A DNA stretch of 63,950 bases, the filler included, from Candidatus Rokuibacteriota bacterium (GTDB taxonomy: Bacteria; JAUVQV01; DATDCY01): NCBI GenBank assembly GCA_031406795.1. It is 9 parts of 9 records of this genome, joined end to end, with 100 filler letters (N's around TTAATTAATTAA, not from the genome) between each part and the next. Parts side by side here need not be neighbours in the genome. Positions count along the whole stretch, not along the records: positions 25,959 to 37,955 come from JANOHV010000137.1; positions 38,056 to 46,914 come from JANOHV010000141.1; 7 more parts are not named here. One strand, 5' to 3'. Made by a program: the position numbers and the translations under genes. Within the stretch, counting starts at the first letter, position 1. Each line of letters opens with the position of its first letter. Of this stretch, positions 32,129 to 43,863 are shown piece by piece. The notes under the pieces are model-generated. The model had not been told where the DNA came from. It was given only the letters and a program-made list of their open reading frames with translations, and did no database searches.

Positions 32129-33196
32129 ATGGATACGCGATCGCACCTGAGAGCCATCCCGCTTTTTCAGTCGCTGACCGAGACCCAACTCGACGACATC
32201 TCGCGCAAGATGACCTTCGCCGATTTGCCGGCCGGAACGGTCGTGATGAGCGAGGGCGGCGAGCGCATGGGCTTTTTTCTGCTGCTCTCCGGCAGCGTCA
32301 GGGTCATGAAGAATTACGGCCGGCGGTCGCAGAAGGAACTCAGCCGGCTCGAGGCCGGTTCGTACTTCGGCGAGATGAGCCTTCTGGACGAGTGCCCTCC
32401 TTCCGCCACGGTCGTCGTGTCCGAGGCGGCACAGGGGCTCGTGCTGACTCCCGAAGGTTTCAATGCCGTCATCAGCGCCCATCCCGGGGTGACCCACCTG
32501 CTCCTCTCGACGTTGAGTCGGCGGCTGCGGGTTCTGGAGGACTCCGGCATGCGGGAACTCATCGCGGCGCAGGAAGCGGTCATCCTCAGCCTGGCCAAAC
32601 TCGCGGAATGCCGCGACCCCGAGACGGGGGCGCATCTGGACCGGATCAGCCACTATTGCCGTCTGCTGGCGCGCGCCGCGGCCGGGAGTCCGGCATTCCG
32701 GGAGGAGATCGACGCGGATTTCGTCGACATCATCGCCATGTCGAGCCCCCTGCACGATATCGGGAAGGTCGGCGTGCCGGACGCCGTGCTCCTCGCGCCC
32801 CGGCGGCTCACCGCGGAAGAGACTCTCATCATGCGCCGCCACCCGGAGATCGGCGCCACCGCGATCCGCCGGGCGATGGCCAAGAGCCCGGGCGTCGCCT
32901 TTCTCGCGATGGGGCACGACATCGCCCTGTTCCACCACGAGTGGGTGAACGGCAACGGCTACCCCCAGGGCCTCGCCGGAGACGCGATTCCGTTGAGCGC
33001 CCGGATCATGGCGGTGGCGGACGTCTTCGACGCCTTCCGCTCCGACCGGGTCTACCGCAAGGGACTCTCCCACGAGGAGACGAAACAGATCCTGATCGAC
33101 GGGAGCGGCACGCAATTCGATGCCCGGCTGGTGGACCTCTTTCTGGGGCGGGAGGACGAGCTGCTGGAGCTGGTCGGGCTCTACCGCGAGGCGTAG
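32129..33196 (+). CDS. cNMP-binding + HD-GYP phosphodiesterase
   Basis: FGEMSL cNMP domain; LHDIGK, HHE..NG.GYP.GL, VADVFDA. Confidence 0.9.
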   Translation: MDTRSHLRAIPLFQSLTETQLDDISRKMTFADLPAGTVVMSEGGERMGFFLLLSGSVRVMKNYGRRSQKELSRLEAGSYFGEMSLLDECPPSATVVVSEAAQGLVLTPEGFNAVISAHPGVTHLLLSTLSRRLRVLEDSGMRELIAAQEAVILSLAKLAECRDPETGAHLDRISHYCRLLARAAAGSPAFREEIDADFVDIIAMSSPLHDIGKVGVPDAVLLAPRRLTAEETLIMRRHPEIGATAIRRAMAKSPGVAFLAMGHDIALFHHEWVNGNGYPQGLAGDAIPLSARIMAVADVFDAFRSDRVYRKGLSHEETKQILIDGSGTQFDARLVDLFLGREDELLELVGLYREA

Positions 33197-34671
33197 CTCC
33201 TGTCGTTCCTGCTCCTTTCTCGAGCTGTTTCCTCCAACTCCACCAGCGTGCCGCAGAAGTCCTTCGGGTGCAGGAAGAGCACCGGCGTGCCGTGGGCGCC
33301 CGTTTTCGGCTCGCCGTCGCCGAGGACCCGCGCACCCTGCCCGGCGAGGGCGGCCGCGGCCGCGCGGACGTCGGGCACCTCGAGGGAGAGGTGGTGGATG
33401 CCGCCGCCGGGGCTCTTCTCGAGGAAGGAGCGCAGCGGCGAGCGCTCGCCGAGCGGGGTCACCAGTTCGATCTTGGTGTTGGGCAGCGCGACGAAGACGA
33501 CGATTACGCCGTGCTCGGGCAGCGACCGCGGCTCGGAGACGCTCGCGCCGGGGAGCCGGGCGAAGGCCCGACGAGCGCCCTCGAGATCAGGGACGGCGAT
33601 CGCGACGTGGTTGAGGCGGCCGGCAGCCGCGGCCGGGAGCGGCGGTGCGGCAGTGTCCGCCGCCGTGGGCGATGCGTCGCCCGGACCGCCGGTTTCGCCG
33701 AGGAAGCCGGCGATCAGCCGGCGGGCGCCGATGGTGGGAGGCAGTGTTCCCTCACGGACGGCGCTCTCGAGCTGCGCGAGGCGCTCGCGCACGCCGGGGT
33801 GCTCGCGAAGGCTCTCGAGCAGCGTCTCGGCGGTTTCGGCCCAGAGCCACTCGCCGGCCTGCGCCGCGCGGCGCGCCGCGAGTTCCCCGCTCGCGGTCAG
33901 CGTCTCGTGGTAGCGCAGCATCGCGTCCCAGGCCGCGGCGATCCCGGCGCCGGTGCGCGAGGAGCAGGCGGCCACCGGCACGTCCCACCCGGCGGCGCGC
34001 GGGCGCAGCAGCGTCAGCGCGTTGCGGTAGGCTTCGACGGCGCGCTCGGCCGCAGCCGCGAGGTCGCCGTCGGCCTTGTTGACGAGCACCAGGTCCGCCA
34101 GCTCGACGATGCCGCGCTTGATCCCCTGCAGCTCGTCGCCGCCGCCGGGGACCAGCAGCAGCAGGAACAGGTCGGTCATGCCGGCGACCGCCGTTTCGCT
34201 CTGACCGACGCCGACGGTTTCGACAAGCACGGTGTCGAACCCCGCCGCCTCGCAGACCAGCAGCGCCTCGCGAGTCCGCCGCGCGACGCCGCCGAGCGTG
34301 CCCCCGGAGGGGGTGGGGCGGATGAAGGCTTCGGGGCGGCGCGCCAACTCGGCCATGCGGGTCTTGTCGCCGAGGATCGAGCCGCCGCTCGCGGGCGAGG
34401 AGGGGTCGACGGAGAGCACGGCGACGCGGCGTCCTTTGGCGAGCAGGTGCAGGCCGAAGGCCTCGATGAACGTCGACTTGCCGGCGCCGGGGACCCCGGA
34501 GATGCCGATGCGGAAGGCGCCGCCGGCCGCCGGCGCGAGCAGCTCGATCAGCCGCGCGGCCTCGCCGCGGTGGTCGGCGCGGGTGGACTCGACGAGCGTG
34601 ACGGCGCGGGCGAGCGCCCGCCGGTCTCCGGAGCGCACCGCCGCCGCGAGCTTGTCGATCGTGGCCGTCAT
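33181..34671 (-). CDS. meaB: MeaB GTPase fused to methylmalonyl-CoA epimerase
   Basis: GVPGAGKST, GGSILGDKTRM, ETVGVGQSE, NKAD; then LNHVAIAVPDL...GGIHH..LEV...FLHPKD..GTLVELE. Confidence 0.9.
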   Translation of the reverse strand: MTATIDKLAAAVRSGDRRALARAVTLVESTRADHRGEAARLIELLAPAAGGAFRIGISGVPGAGKSTFIEAFGLHLLAKGRRVAVLSVDPSSPASGGSILGDKTRMAELARRPEAFIRPTPSGGTLGGVARRTREALLVCEAAGFDTVLVETVGVGQSETAVAGMTDLFLLLLVPGGGDELQGIKRGIVELADLVLVNKADGDLAAAAERAVEAYRNALTLLRPRAAGWDVPVAACSSRTGAGIAAAWDAMLRYHETLTASGELAARRAAQAGEWLWAETAETLLESLREHPGVRERLAQLESAVREGTLPPTIGARRLIAGFLGETGGPGDASPTAADTAAPPLPAAAAGRLNHVAIAVPDLEGARRAFARLPGASVSEPRSLPEHGVIVVFVALPNTKIELVTPLGERSPLRSFLEKSPGGGIHHLSLEVPDVRAAAAALAGQGARVLGDGEPKTGAHGTPVLFLHPKDFCGTLVELEETARERSRNDRSYASR

Positions 34672-34717
34672 TGTTTCGATTGAAACTTGGTGATGGAGGT
34701 GCTGCAGGGAACGGAGA

Positions 34718-34836
34718 TGCTGCTCAAAAGGGTCCAGGTGCAAGGCGCCCGACGATCCGGTGACTGAGGCGGGCTGGTGCCCGCCGCAGGGAACCGGGAG
34801 GAGGGCAACGCAGCAGATGGGCCCTTTTCAGCGGCC
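34718..34836 (-). repeat. ~120-bp MITE-like palindromic repeat (family A)
   Basis: GCTGAAAAGGGCCCATCTGC...GCACCTGGACCCTTTTGAGC, same ends as 61190-61321. Confidence 0.8.
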
Positions 34837-34843
34837 GTCACGG

Positions 34844-36841
<1,998 letters not shown>

Positions 36842-36850
36842 GACCTTTGC

Positions 36851-37033
36851 GGGAGGGGATGAACCCCTCCCCTACACCCGGGGTCGAATCCGCAGGGGCG
36901 GGATGATCCAGATCGTCGCGCGAGCGAGTTTCAATGAATTCGCCCACACCCGGGGTCGAATCCGTAGGGGCGGGGTTGATCCCCGCCCGCCGGGAGCCGC
37001 GTCGGTTCGTAGGGGCGGGGTTGATCCCCGCCC
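36851..37033. repeat. GTAG-type REP cluster
   Basis: GTAGGGGCGGGGTTGATCCCCGCCC twice, inverted GGGAGGGGATGAACCCCTCCCCTAC, and duplicated ACACCCGGGGTCGAATCCG. Confidence 0.75.
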
Positions 37034-37057
37034 GCTCGAGAATCGAATTGCACGCGC

Positions 37058-37955
37058 TCACAGTGGTATATTCCCGTGCTTGCGCCAGGGGTTTTCGAGC
37101 TTCTTGCCGCGCAGCATCGCCAGCGAGCGGCAGATCCGCGTGCGCGTGTCGCGCGGCAGGATCACGTCGTCGATGTACCCGCGGTGCCCGGCGATGAAGG
37201 GATTGGCGAATTTCTGCCGGTACTCCTCGGTGCGTTCGGCGAGTTTCGCCGGGTCGCCGGCCTCCTTGCGGAAGATAATCTCGACCGCGCCCTTCGGACC
37301 CATGACCGCGATCTCGGCGGTCGGCCACGCGAAGTTCACGTCGCCGCGCAGGTGCTTGGAGCTCATGACGTCGTAGGCGCCGCCGTAGGCCTTGCGCGTG
37401 ATCACCGTGACCTTGGGCACCGTGCACTCGGCGAAGGCGTAGAGCAGCTTGGCGCCGTGGCGGATGATCCCGCCGTACTCCTGCGCAGTGCCTGGCATGA
37501 ACCCCGGCACGTCCACGAAGGTGATGATCGGGATGTTGAAGGCGTCGCAGAAGCGCACGAAGCGCGCGCCCTTGTCGGAGGAGTTGATGTCCAGGCAGCC
37601 CGCGAGGATCATCGGCTGGTTGGCGACGATCCCGACCGTGGAGCCCTGCATCCGCGCGAAGCCGGTGACGATGTTTTTCGCGTAGTCCGCCTTGAGCTCG
37701 AAGAACTCTCCGTCGTCGACGACCTTGGCGATCAACTCCTTGATCTCGTAGGGCTTGTTCGGGAGGTCCGGAACGAGGGTGTCGAGCGAGGACTCGACGC
37801 GCTCGGCCGGGTCGCTCGTCGCCAGCAGCGGGGGCTTCTGACGGTTGTTGAGCGGCAGGAAATTCAGGAAGCGGCGCATCATCAACAGCGCCTCCACGTC
37901 GTTCTCGAACACGCCGTCGGCGACGCCGCTGCGCGTGGCGTGGGTCACCGAGCCG
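37058..37955 (-). CDS. pccB: propionyl-CoA carboxylase beta subunit, C-terminal part
   Basis: [37 protein letters not shown]. Confidence 0.93.
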
Positions 37956-38055
37956 NNNNNNNNNNNNNNNNNNNNNNNNNNNNNNNNNNNNNNNNNNNNT
38001 TAATTAATTAANNNNNNNNNNNNNNNNNNNNNNNNNNNNNNNNNNNNNNNNNNNN

Positions 38056-38134
38056 GCCCTTCGACCGTTCGACAAGCTCACGGCTCAGGGCGAACGGTAC
38101 TGATCTGGCCACCGTTCACTGAAGGGTTATCGCG
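38056..38134 (+). repeat. partial small repeat (family B)
   Basis: Reverse-complement homolog of 45061-45125. Confidence 0.7.
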
Positions 38135-38237
38135 CCCGTGTGAATTGGATTGACAAGGCGGTGGCGTTGCCAAAAGATACAACCATCCGAGGTAGAGGTG
38201 TCAGGGGCGAGTGCCCGGGGGAAAGCGAGCGTACGTC

Positions 38238-38574
38238 ATGTCACAATCAGCGATAAGACGCGACGCGAGTTACACCTATGCCGATTACCTCACATCTCCC
38301 GAGAGCTTCTTACCCTGTTTTCGGTGCACCTTCGAGGAAAGACCTGTCTCCCGAGTCGCTTGCCAGAGACCAGCGGGAGAAGCTCCATCTCTACGAGCAG
38401 GCCGGGGTGCTGGAGTACTGGATCGTGCATCCGGTGGACAAGACCGTCTCGATCTTCCGACGGGGCCAGGACAACCTGTACGGGAAACCGCAGCTCTACA
38501 CATCCGAGGAGCGCGTCCCCGTCGGCGTCCTTCCGGAGCTGGAGATCGATCTGGCGATGGTGTTCGCAGAATGA
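38238..38574 (+). pseudogene. Uma2 endonuclease with internal deletion/frameshift
   Basis: N-terminus YTYADYL and C-terminus SPES.ARD..EK..LYE.AGV.EYW are in different frames; the core is missing. Confidence 0.8.
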
Positions 38575-38710
38575 GGGCCTCCGTCCTGGGACAATTGTGA
38601 TGGTCTGAGCTGTTTGACAAGGAGGTGGCATTTCCAAAAGATCCCCACGGCAGTCTTCTTGGTGCTCCAGGGACCGAAAATCTACCTGCGGATGCGCCCT
38701 CTGACGATGC

Positions 38711-39292
38711 TCATTCCATGAACACCGTCGACAGGTCGATCGCAAGCTCCGGCAATACTCCGACGGGGACGCTCTCTTCGGAGGTGTAGGTCGCAGGCTG
38801 GCCGTACCTGTCGTCTGAACCCCGGCGGAAGACCATCACCATCTTCTCCGCAGGGTAGACGACCCAGTACTCGAGGACGCCGGCTCGCTCGTAGAGCCGG
38901 AATTTCTCTTTCAGGTCGCGGGCTACTGATTCCGGAGAGATGATCTCGATCACCAAGTCGGGCGCGCCCTTGCACCCCCGCTCCTCAGTCTTTGCGGGGT
39001 CGCAAACAACGGCCAAGTCGGGCTGTACGACGGTACTCGACTTCTCGTCGGTTTCGTTGGCTGCAGGGAGCCGGACATCGTACGGGGCGGCAAACACCCT
39101 GCAGCTTTTCCCTCTCAGGAAAACCCGGAATTGGGCGGCCAAATCGATCGAAACCGCTTGATGCTTGCTCGATGGCGCAGGGGTCATATTGTAGGCGACG
39201 CCGTCGATCAACTCCCAGCGCTCGTCATCGGCCCACGTGAGGTAGTCCGCGTAGGTATATCGCTCATCACGCCTGATAGCCGGCTGTGCCAT
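38711..39292 (-). CDS. Uma2 family endonuclease
   Basis: WELIDG, VQPDL.V.CD, GAPDLVIEI.SP, GV.EYW. Confidence 0.92.
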   Translation of the reverse strand: MAQPAIRRDERYTYADYLTWADDERWELIDGVAYNMTPAPSSKHQAVSIDLAAQFRVFLRGKSCRVFAAPYDVRLPAANETDEKSSTVVQPDLAVVCDPAKTEERGCKGAPDLVIEIISPESVARDLKEKFRLYERAGVLEYWVVYPAEKMVMVFRRGSDDRYGQPATYTSEESVPVGVLPELAIDLSTVFME

Positions 39293-39439
39293 GTTTCTGA
39301 TCACCTCAGGCTTGAAAAAGCCACATCCGACCTCGATGGCATGAATCTTCTGGCAGCGGTACCAGCTTGTCAACAGAAATAATGGCAGGTCCTGGATGAC
39401 CGTCTTGACTTAGTCCAGGACTTAGTCTATGTGTACTGC

Positions 39440-39676
39440 ATGGCAACCACGGTCAACATCCACGAAGCCAAGACGCACCTTTCGCGGCTCTTGAACCGGG
39501 TTGCAGCCGGCGAGGAGATCGTCATCGCCCGTGGCGGCAAGCCGATAGCGGCGCTCGTGCCACTCGGGGCGGCAACGCAGGACCGGAAGGTCGGGAGCGC
39601 CAAAGGCCGGATTACCCTGAGGGAAGATTTCGACGCGCCGCTGCCCGACGAATTGCTGAAGGGGTTCACGGGGTGA
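39440..39676 (+). CDS. Phd/YefM antitoxin
   Basis: NIHEAKTHLSRLL..V..GEEIVIAR.GKP; GACTTAGTC operator repeats upstream. Confidence 0.9.
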   Translation: MATTVNIHEAKTHLSRLLNRVAAGEEIVIARGGKPIAALVPLGAATQDRKVGSAKGRITLREDFDAPLPDELLKGFTG

Positions 39677-40059
39677 GGGCGCTGCTCGACACACACGCCT
39701 TCCTCTGGTGGATCTCGGGAGATGAACATCTCTCGGACCGTGCGTCTCACGCAATCGCCGACGGGCGCAATGAGATCTTCGTCAGCGCAGCGAGCATCTG
39801 GGAGATTGCGATCAAGGCGCGGCTGGGCAGGTTGAGCATCCCCGGGGACCCGGGTCGGTTCATCGGCGGGCAGCTTGTGGAGAACGCCTTCCGCGGACTC
39901 CCGATCGTCGCGGGGCACGCCCTGCGCGTCTGGGAGCTTCCCGATCATCACCGGGATCCCTTCGACAGGATGCTGATCGCCCAGGCGCAAGTGGAGGGCC
40001 TGGCGCTGATCAGTCGTGATTCCGAAGTTGCGCGCTACGACGTCGAGGTGGTCTGGTAG
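39673..40059 (+). CDS. VapC/PIN toxin
   Basis: LLDTH.FLW, SIWEI.IK, HRDPFDRMLIAQA. Confidence 0.92.
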   Translation: MRALLDTHAFLWWISGDEHLSDRASHAIADGRNEIFVSAASIWEIAIKARLGRLSIPGDPGRFIGGQLVENAFRGLPIVAGHALRVWELPDHHRDPFDRMLIAQAQVEGLALISRDSEVARYDVEVVW

Positions 40060-40149
40060 GGTATCGCCGGCCAGGCAATTGACAGAGTGGAAAGGTGTGA
40101 CTAGACTAGTCTAAGGCTAGTCTAAGGCTGGTGTCGTGGGAGGTGACCG

Positions 40150-40386
40150 ATGGGAACCGTAGGGACCTATGAGGTGAAAACGCACCTCTCGAAGCTTCTC
40201 GCACGGGTCGAGAAGGGGGAGAGGATCACGATCACCCGTCATGGTAAACCGGTGGCCGTGATCGTTCCGGCGACGCCGGGAAGGAAGACCGCCGCCGAGG
40301 CTATCGAGGATATACGCGGGCTGCGCGCCGGCATGAAGTTCGACGGTCTCGACGTGAAGGAGTTGATCCGGGAAGGTCGGCGGTGA
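40150..40386 (+). CDS. Phd/YefM antitoxin
   Basis: VG.YE.KTHLS.LL.RVE.GE.I.ITRHGKPVA; CTAGTC repeats upstream. Confidence 0.9.
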   Translation: MGTVGTYEVKTHLSKLLARVEKGERITITRHGKPVAVIVPATPGRKTAAEAIEDIRGLRAGMKFDGLDVKELIREGRR

Positions 40387-40799
40387 AGGGGGTTGTCATC
40401 GATTGTTCGGTGTCCATTTCATGGTGTCTTCATGACAGCCCGGATCCCTACGCGGAGCGGCTCCTGGACGCGCTCACCGGGTTCGAAACGGTACTCGTTC
40501 CCGCGTTGTGGCGGCTCGAGGTCGTGAATGTGCTCCTTTCGGCCGAGCGCCGTGGGCGTACTACCCGCGCTTTGGCGCTGCGTTTCCTCGAAGATCTGCA
40601 GTCGTTGCCGATCAGAGTGGAGTCCTCCGAGGAAGCGTCGTCGATGGACGCCCTGCTGCGTCTCGCCGCGGACCGCGGCCTTACGGCATACGACGCGGCT
40701 TACCTCGACTGCGCCGCGCGGAAGGGTTTTGCCTTGGCCACCCTCGACGAGAAGCTCAGAGCGGCCTGCCACGCCGCCGGGGTCGATCTTTACGCGTGA
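40383..40799 (+). CDS. VapC/PIN toxin
   Basis: VIDCS, EV.NVL, LTAYDAAYL, LATLD. Confidence 0.9.
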   Translation: MKGVVIDCSVSISWCLHDSPDPYAERLLDALTGFETVLVPALWRLEVVNVLLSAERRGRTTRALALRFLEDLQSLPIRVESSEEASSMDALLRLAADRGLTAYDAAYLDCAARKGFALATLDEKLRAACHAAGVDLYA

Positions 40800-41032
40800 G
40801 CTTACGGATTCCAGGACGTTCTCGTTCAGGTCAGGCGCTGAAAAAGCGGCGTATTAGAGCTGGTGTCGGTTCTCGCCCGGGTCGAGAATGGGGGAGGATG
40901 ATCTGCGGGGTGAATGCACCGGTGTCATTGCCGAGGCTCTGCAGTTTGAGCAGTCCGGTCCTGGATGACCTTCTTGACAGGCCTCGACCTGATTTGTACT
41001 ATGTATTGTACAATATGGCAAGGAGGTAGCAC

Positions 41033-41284
41033 ATGGACACCATCAGCTATTCTGCGGCACGCATCCGGCTGGCGTCGACCATGAAAAAGGTGTGTGAAGA
41101 CCATGAGCCTGTCATTATCACCCGGCAGAAAGAGGATTCCGTGGTGATGATCTCGCTCAGCGACTTCAAGGCTCTCGAGGAGACCTCTTATCTTCTGCGC
41201 GTGCCAAAGAATGCGCGGCGACTCCTCGAATCACTGGCCGAACTCGAAAAGGGCGGCGGCACGGAACGTACGCTTGCCCCATGA
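41033..41284 (+). CDS. yefM: YefM antitoxin
   Basis: [33 protein letters not shown] operator at 40995-41012. Confidence 0.92.
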   Translation: MDTISYSAARIRLASTMKKVCEDHEPVIITRQKEDSVVMISLSDFKALEETSYLLRVPKNARRLLESLAELEKGGGTERTLAP

Positions 41285-41535
41285 AGCTCGTCTTTTCGGA
41301 GCACGCATGGGATGATTACCAATATTGGCTGGAGACCGACAGGCAGATGCTCAAGCGCATCAACCGCCTGATCCAGGAAATCGTGCGAGATCCATTTGCG
41401 GGAGCCGGCAAGCCGGAGCCGCTCAAGCATGGACTCTCCGGCTATTGGTCGCGTCGCATCAATGACGAGCACCGGATCGTGTACCGGATGTCGGAGGATG
41501 CCGTCCTGATTGCCCAATTGCGCTATCACTACTGA
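41281..41535 (+). CDS. yoeB: YoeB toxin
   Basis: [29 protein letters not shown]. Confidence 0.93.
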   Translation: MKLVFSEHAWDDYQYWLETDRQMLKRINRLIQEIVRDPFAGAGKPEPLKHGLSGYWSRRINDEHRIVYRMSEDAVLIAQLRYHY

Positions 41536-41551
41536 AGCCTGTCAATAGAAA

Positions 41552-41980
41552 TTATGATTTTGTTGCGCTCTTTCGCTCCATCAGCACGGTCGCGCGGTGA
41601 ACGATGTACGACGCCTCCGAGGCGAAGTCGCGCGCCAACTCCTCCGAGTATTCCTCGGTGGGGATGAAATCGATGTCGCCGTAGAAAGAAAGCTCCCTTT
41701 CCTTGCGCAGCCGCTTGGAGACGTCGGCCATGCGCAAGAGACTCTCCCTCGTCTCGCCGGGAAAACGGTCACCGTGCTCCACGAGAATGCCGCCGACATC
41801 GTGCCATTTCGGCGGCTCCACGCCGACATAGCGCAGCATCCCTTTGAGCGCGAGCTCGACGATCTCCTGAGCCTCTCGCACAACGTCGGACCAGGCCTGC
41901 TTGGTACTGAGCAGCTCGAGGACGTCGATGCGGGCGGTAGCCTTCTGCAGGTAAGCCTCCGCGAGGGAACCATTCGTCAT
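41552..41980 (-). CDS. HEPN domain protein
   Basis: EAQE.VELALK..L, PK.HD, ERE.SFYG. Confidence 0.88.
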   Translation of the reverse strand: MTNGSLAEAYLQKATARIDVLELLSTKQAWSDVVREAQEIVELALKGMLRYVGVEPPKWHDVGGILVEHGDRFPGETRESLLRMADVSKRLRKERELSFYGDIDFIPTEEYSEELARDFASEASYIVHRATVLMERKSATKS

Positions 41981-42471
41981 AGTTCGAAAATCTCCCCGGG
42001 CTTGTAATCAGGCTTGAGGTCCCAGTACCAGGCATTCCCCCGCCAGATCCTCCGGGAACCCAGCGTTGCGAGCCGGGAACGCAGCCGGTCGAGAACCCCG
42101 GCGAAGAAGCCATCGCGATCGTGGAGGATGACGGCATCGTCGACCATGTCCAGGAAAAGCGGCGTTGTGTGCGCCGCTTCCTCGGGAGTTTTGAAAACCG
42201 GCGAGAATTCCGTGGAGATTCCCTGTTGTCGGAAGCGTTCGAGCAGGGGCGCCAGCCGTCGCTCCACCTCCGAGAAGTTATCGACCCGGGGGATCCTGCC
42301 CGAGGGCAGCCCGTCGGCGACGATCAGCAGGTCGATGTCGGAATTGGGCCGCATGGTGCCGCGACCGACTGACCCATAGACGACCAGCGAGACGAGGCGG
42401 TCGCCGTAGTGCCGACGAACTTCCCCAAGGAGCGCCTCCTCGATTTCGCGAAAGCCCTCTTTCAGTGACAT
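41977..42471 (-). CDS. minimal nucleotidyltransferase (MNT)
   Basis: YGSVGRG......SDIDLL. Confidence 0.9.
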   Translation of the reverse strand: MSLKEGFREIEEALLGEVRRHYGDRLVSLVVYGSVGRGTMRPNSDIDLLIVADGLPSGRIPRVDNFSEVERRLAPLLERFRQQGISTEFSPVFKTPEEAAHTTPLFLDMVDDAVILHDRDGFFAGVLDRLRSRLATLGSRRIWRGNAWYWDLKPDYKPGEIFEL

Positions 42472-42608
42472 GCGCGAAGTATACTCTCCGGATACGCCGA
42501 TTGCATCGACTGCGAAGAGAAAGCTCCGAAATAGATCGATCCCCCGCCGCGGCCTTGCATTTCCTCGCCGTTCGCTGCAAAATCAGCAACATGTGCGCTC
42601 GAGTGGTC

Positions 42609-43100
42609 ATGACCCCCTGGTGGGCGAGTCCGGTCCAGACCCGCTGGTCGCTGCTCAACCAGCCGGGGTGGGTTCGGGTGACGTTGGCGGCAGGTTTCTT
42701 CGCGGCGCTCAACTGGATGATCTTCGCGCCTGCCAGTTCGTTCCGGGAAGTCCACCTGTTCTTCGCCAACGAGGACAAACTTGCCCACGGCGCGATCTTT
42801 CTGACGCTGGCCTGGCTGGTGCGCTGGTCGGTGCCCGTGGGCGCGGCCCGGAAGCGATTCGATCGCCTGCTGCGTTACGGCGTGCCCGCGTCGCTGGTCC
42901 TGTATGCCTGCTCCACCGAGGTGCTCCAGCCGCTGGTCGGGGGCAAGGGCCGCCAGTTCGAGTGGCTCGACATGGCGAGCAACTTCACCGGCCTTTGTGC
43001 CGGCTGGCTGCTCTTCGGCGCGGTGATAGCAGGCGCGGAGGGCGGCTCGTCCGGGGCGCTCTCGCCGCGGGCTCCGGCCTTGAGCGGCGAGCCTTCCTGA
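42609..43100 (+). CDS. VanZ family membrane protein
   Basis: DKLAH, TE.LQ....GR.FEW.D..N..G. Confidence 0.75.
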   Translation: MTPWWASPVQTRWSLLNQPGWVRVTLAAGFFAALNWMIFAPASSFREVHLFFANEDKLAHGAIFLTLAWLVRWSVPVGAARKRFDRLLRYGVPASLVLYACSTEVLQPLVGGKGRQFEWLDMASNFTGLCAGWLLFGAVIAGAEGGSSGALSPRAPALSGEPS

Positions 43101-43128
43101 GATCGCCGCACTGTCCGCGGATACTCCG

Positions 43129-43863
43129 ATGGCCATGATCGATCTGCACAACCACATCCTCCCCGGCCTTGATCACGGGGCCGGCGACTGGGAAGAAGCG
43201 CTCCAGATGTGCCGCATCGCGGTCGAGGATGGCATCGGGACCGTCGCCGCGACGCCACACGTCAGCGATGTCTTCCCGAACTCGTCGGCGGGCATCGAGG
43301 CCGCGGTCGGCGAACTGCGGCAGCGCCTTCGGGACGCCGGTATTCCGCTCGAGATCGTCGTCGGCGGCGACTACCACATCCGACCTAACCTGGCGCCGGG
43401 CAACGTGCTGACTCTCGGCGGTAACGGACGCTACTTCCTGCTCGAGTTCCCCTACCAGGTGCTGCCGCAGCGCGCGGACACCTTCATCGGCATCCTGCTC
43501 GAGCGCGGGCTCGTCCCGATCGTGACCCACCCGGAGCGCACCGCGTCGCTGCAGCGCGACTGGCGCCGTCTGGAGCCGCTGGTGCGGGCCGGCGCGCTGT
43601 TGCAGATCACGGCGGGGAGTCTGCTCGGCGAATTCGGGCCGGCGGCGAGCGCGGCGGCGAAGCGCTTTCTGAAGAAGGGCTGGGTCCATCTGCTGGCCAC
43701 CGACGCGCACTGGGCGCACGAGCGTTCGCCCCGCCTCGCGGGCGGGCGCGCCGCAGCCGCGCGGATCGTCGGAGAAGAGGCGGCGCGGGCGCTGGTGGAA
43801 ACCAACCCGCGGGCGATCCTCGAAGGGCGCGATCTGCCGGGCGCCGCGGAGAAAACGACGTGA
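43129..43863 (+). CDS. CpsB/CapC-type PHP tyrosine-protein phosphatase
   Basis: IDLHNHILPGLD.G, ATPH, HPER, TDAH. Confidence 0.9.
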   Translation: MAMIDLHNHILPGLDHGAGDWEEALQMCRIAVEDGIGTVAATPHVSDVFPNSSAGIEAAVGELRQRLRDAGIPLEIVVGGDYHIRPNLAPGNVLTLGGNGRYFLLEFPYQVLPQRADTFIGILLERGLVPIVTHPERTASLQRDWRRLEPLVRAGALLQITAGSLLGEFGPAASAAAKRFLKKGWVHLLATDAHWAHERSPRLAGGRAAAARIVGEEAARALVETNPRAILEGRDLPGAAEKTT

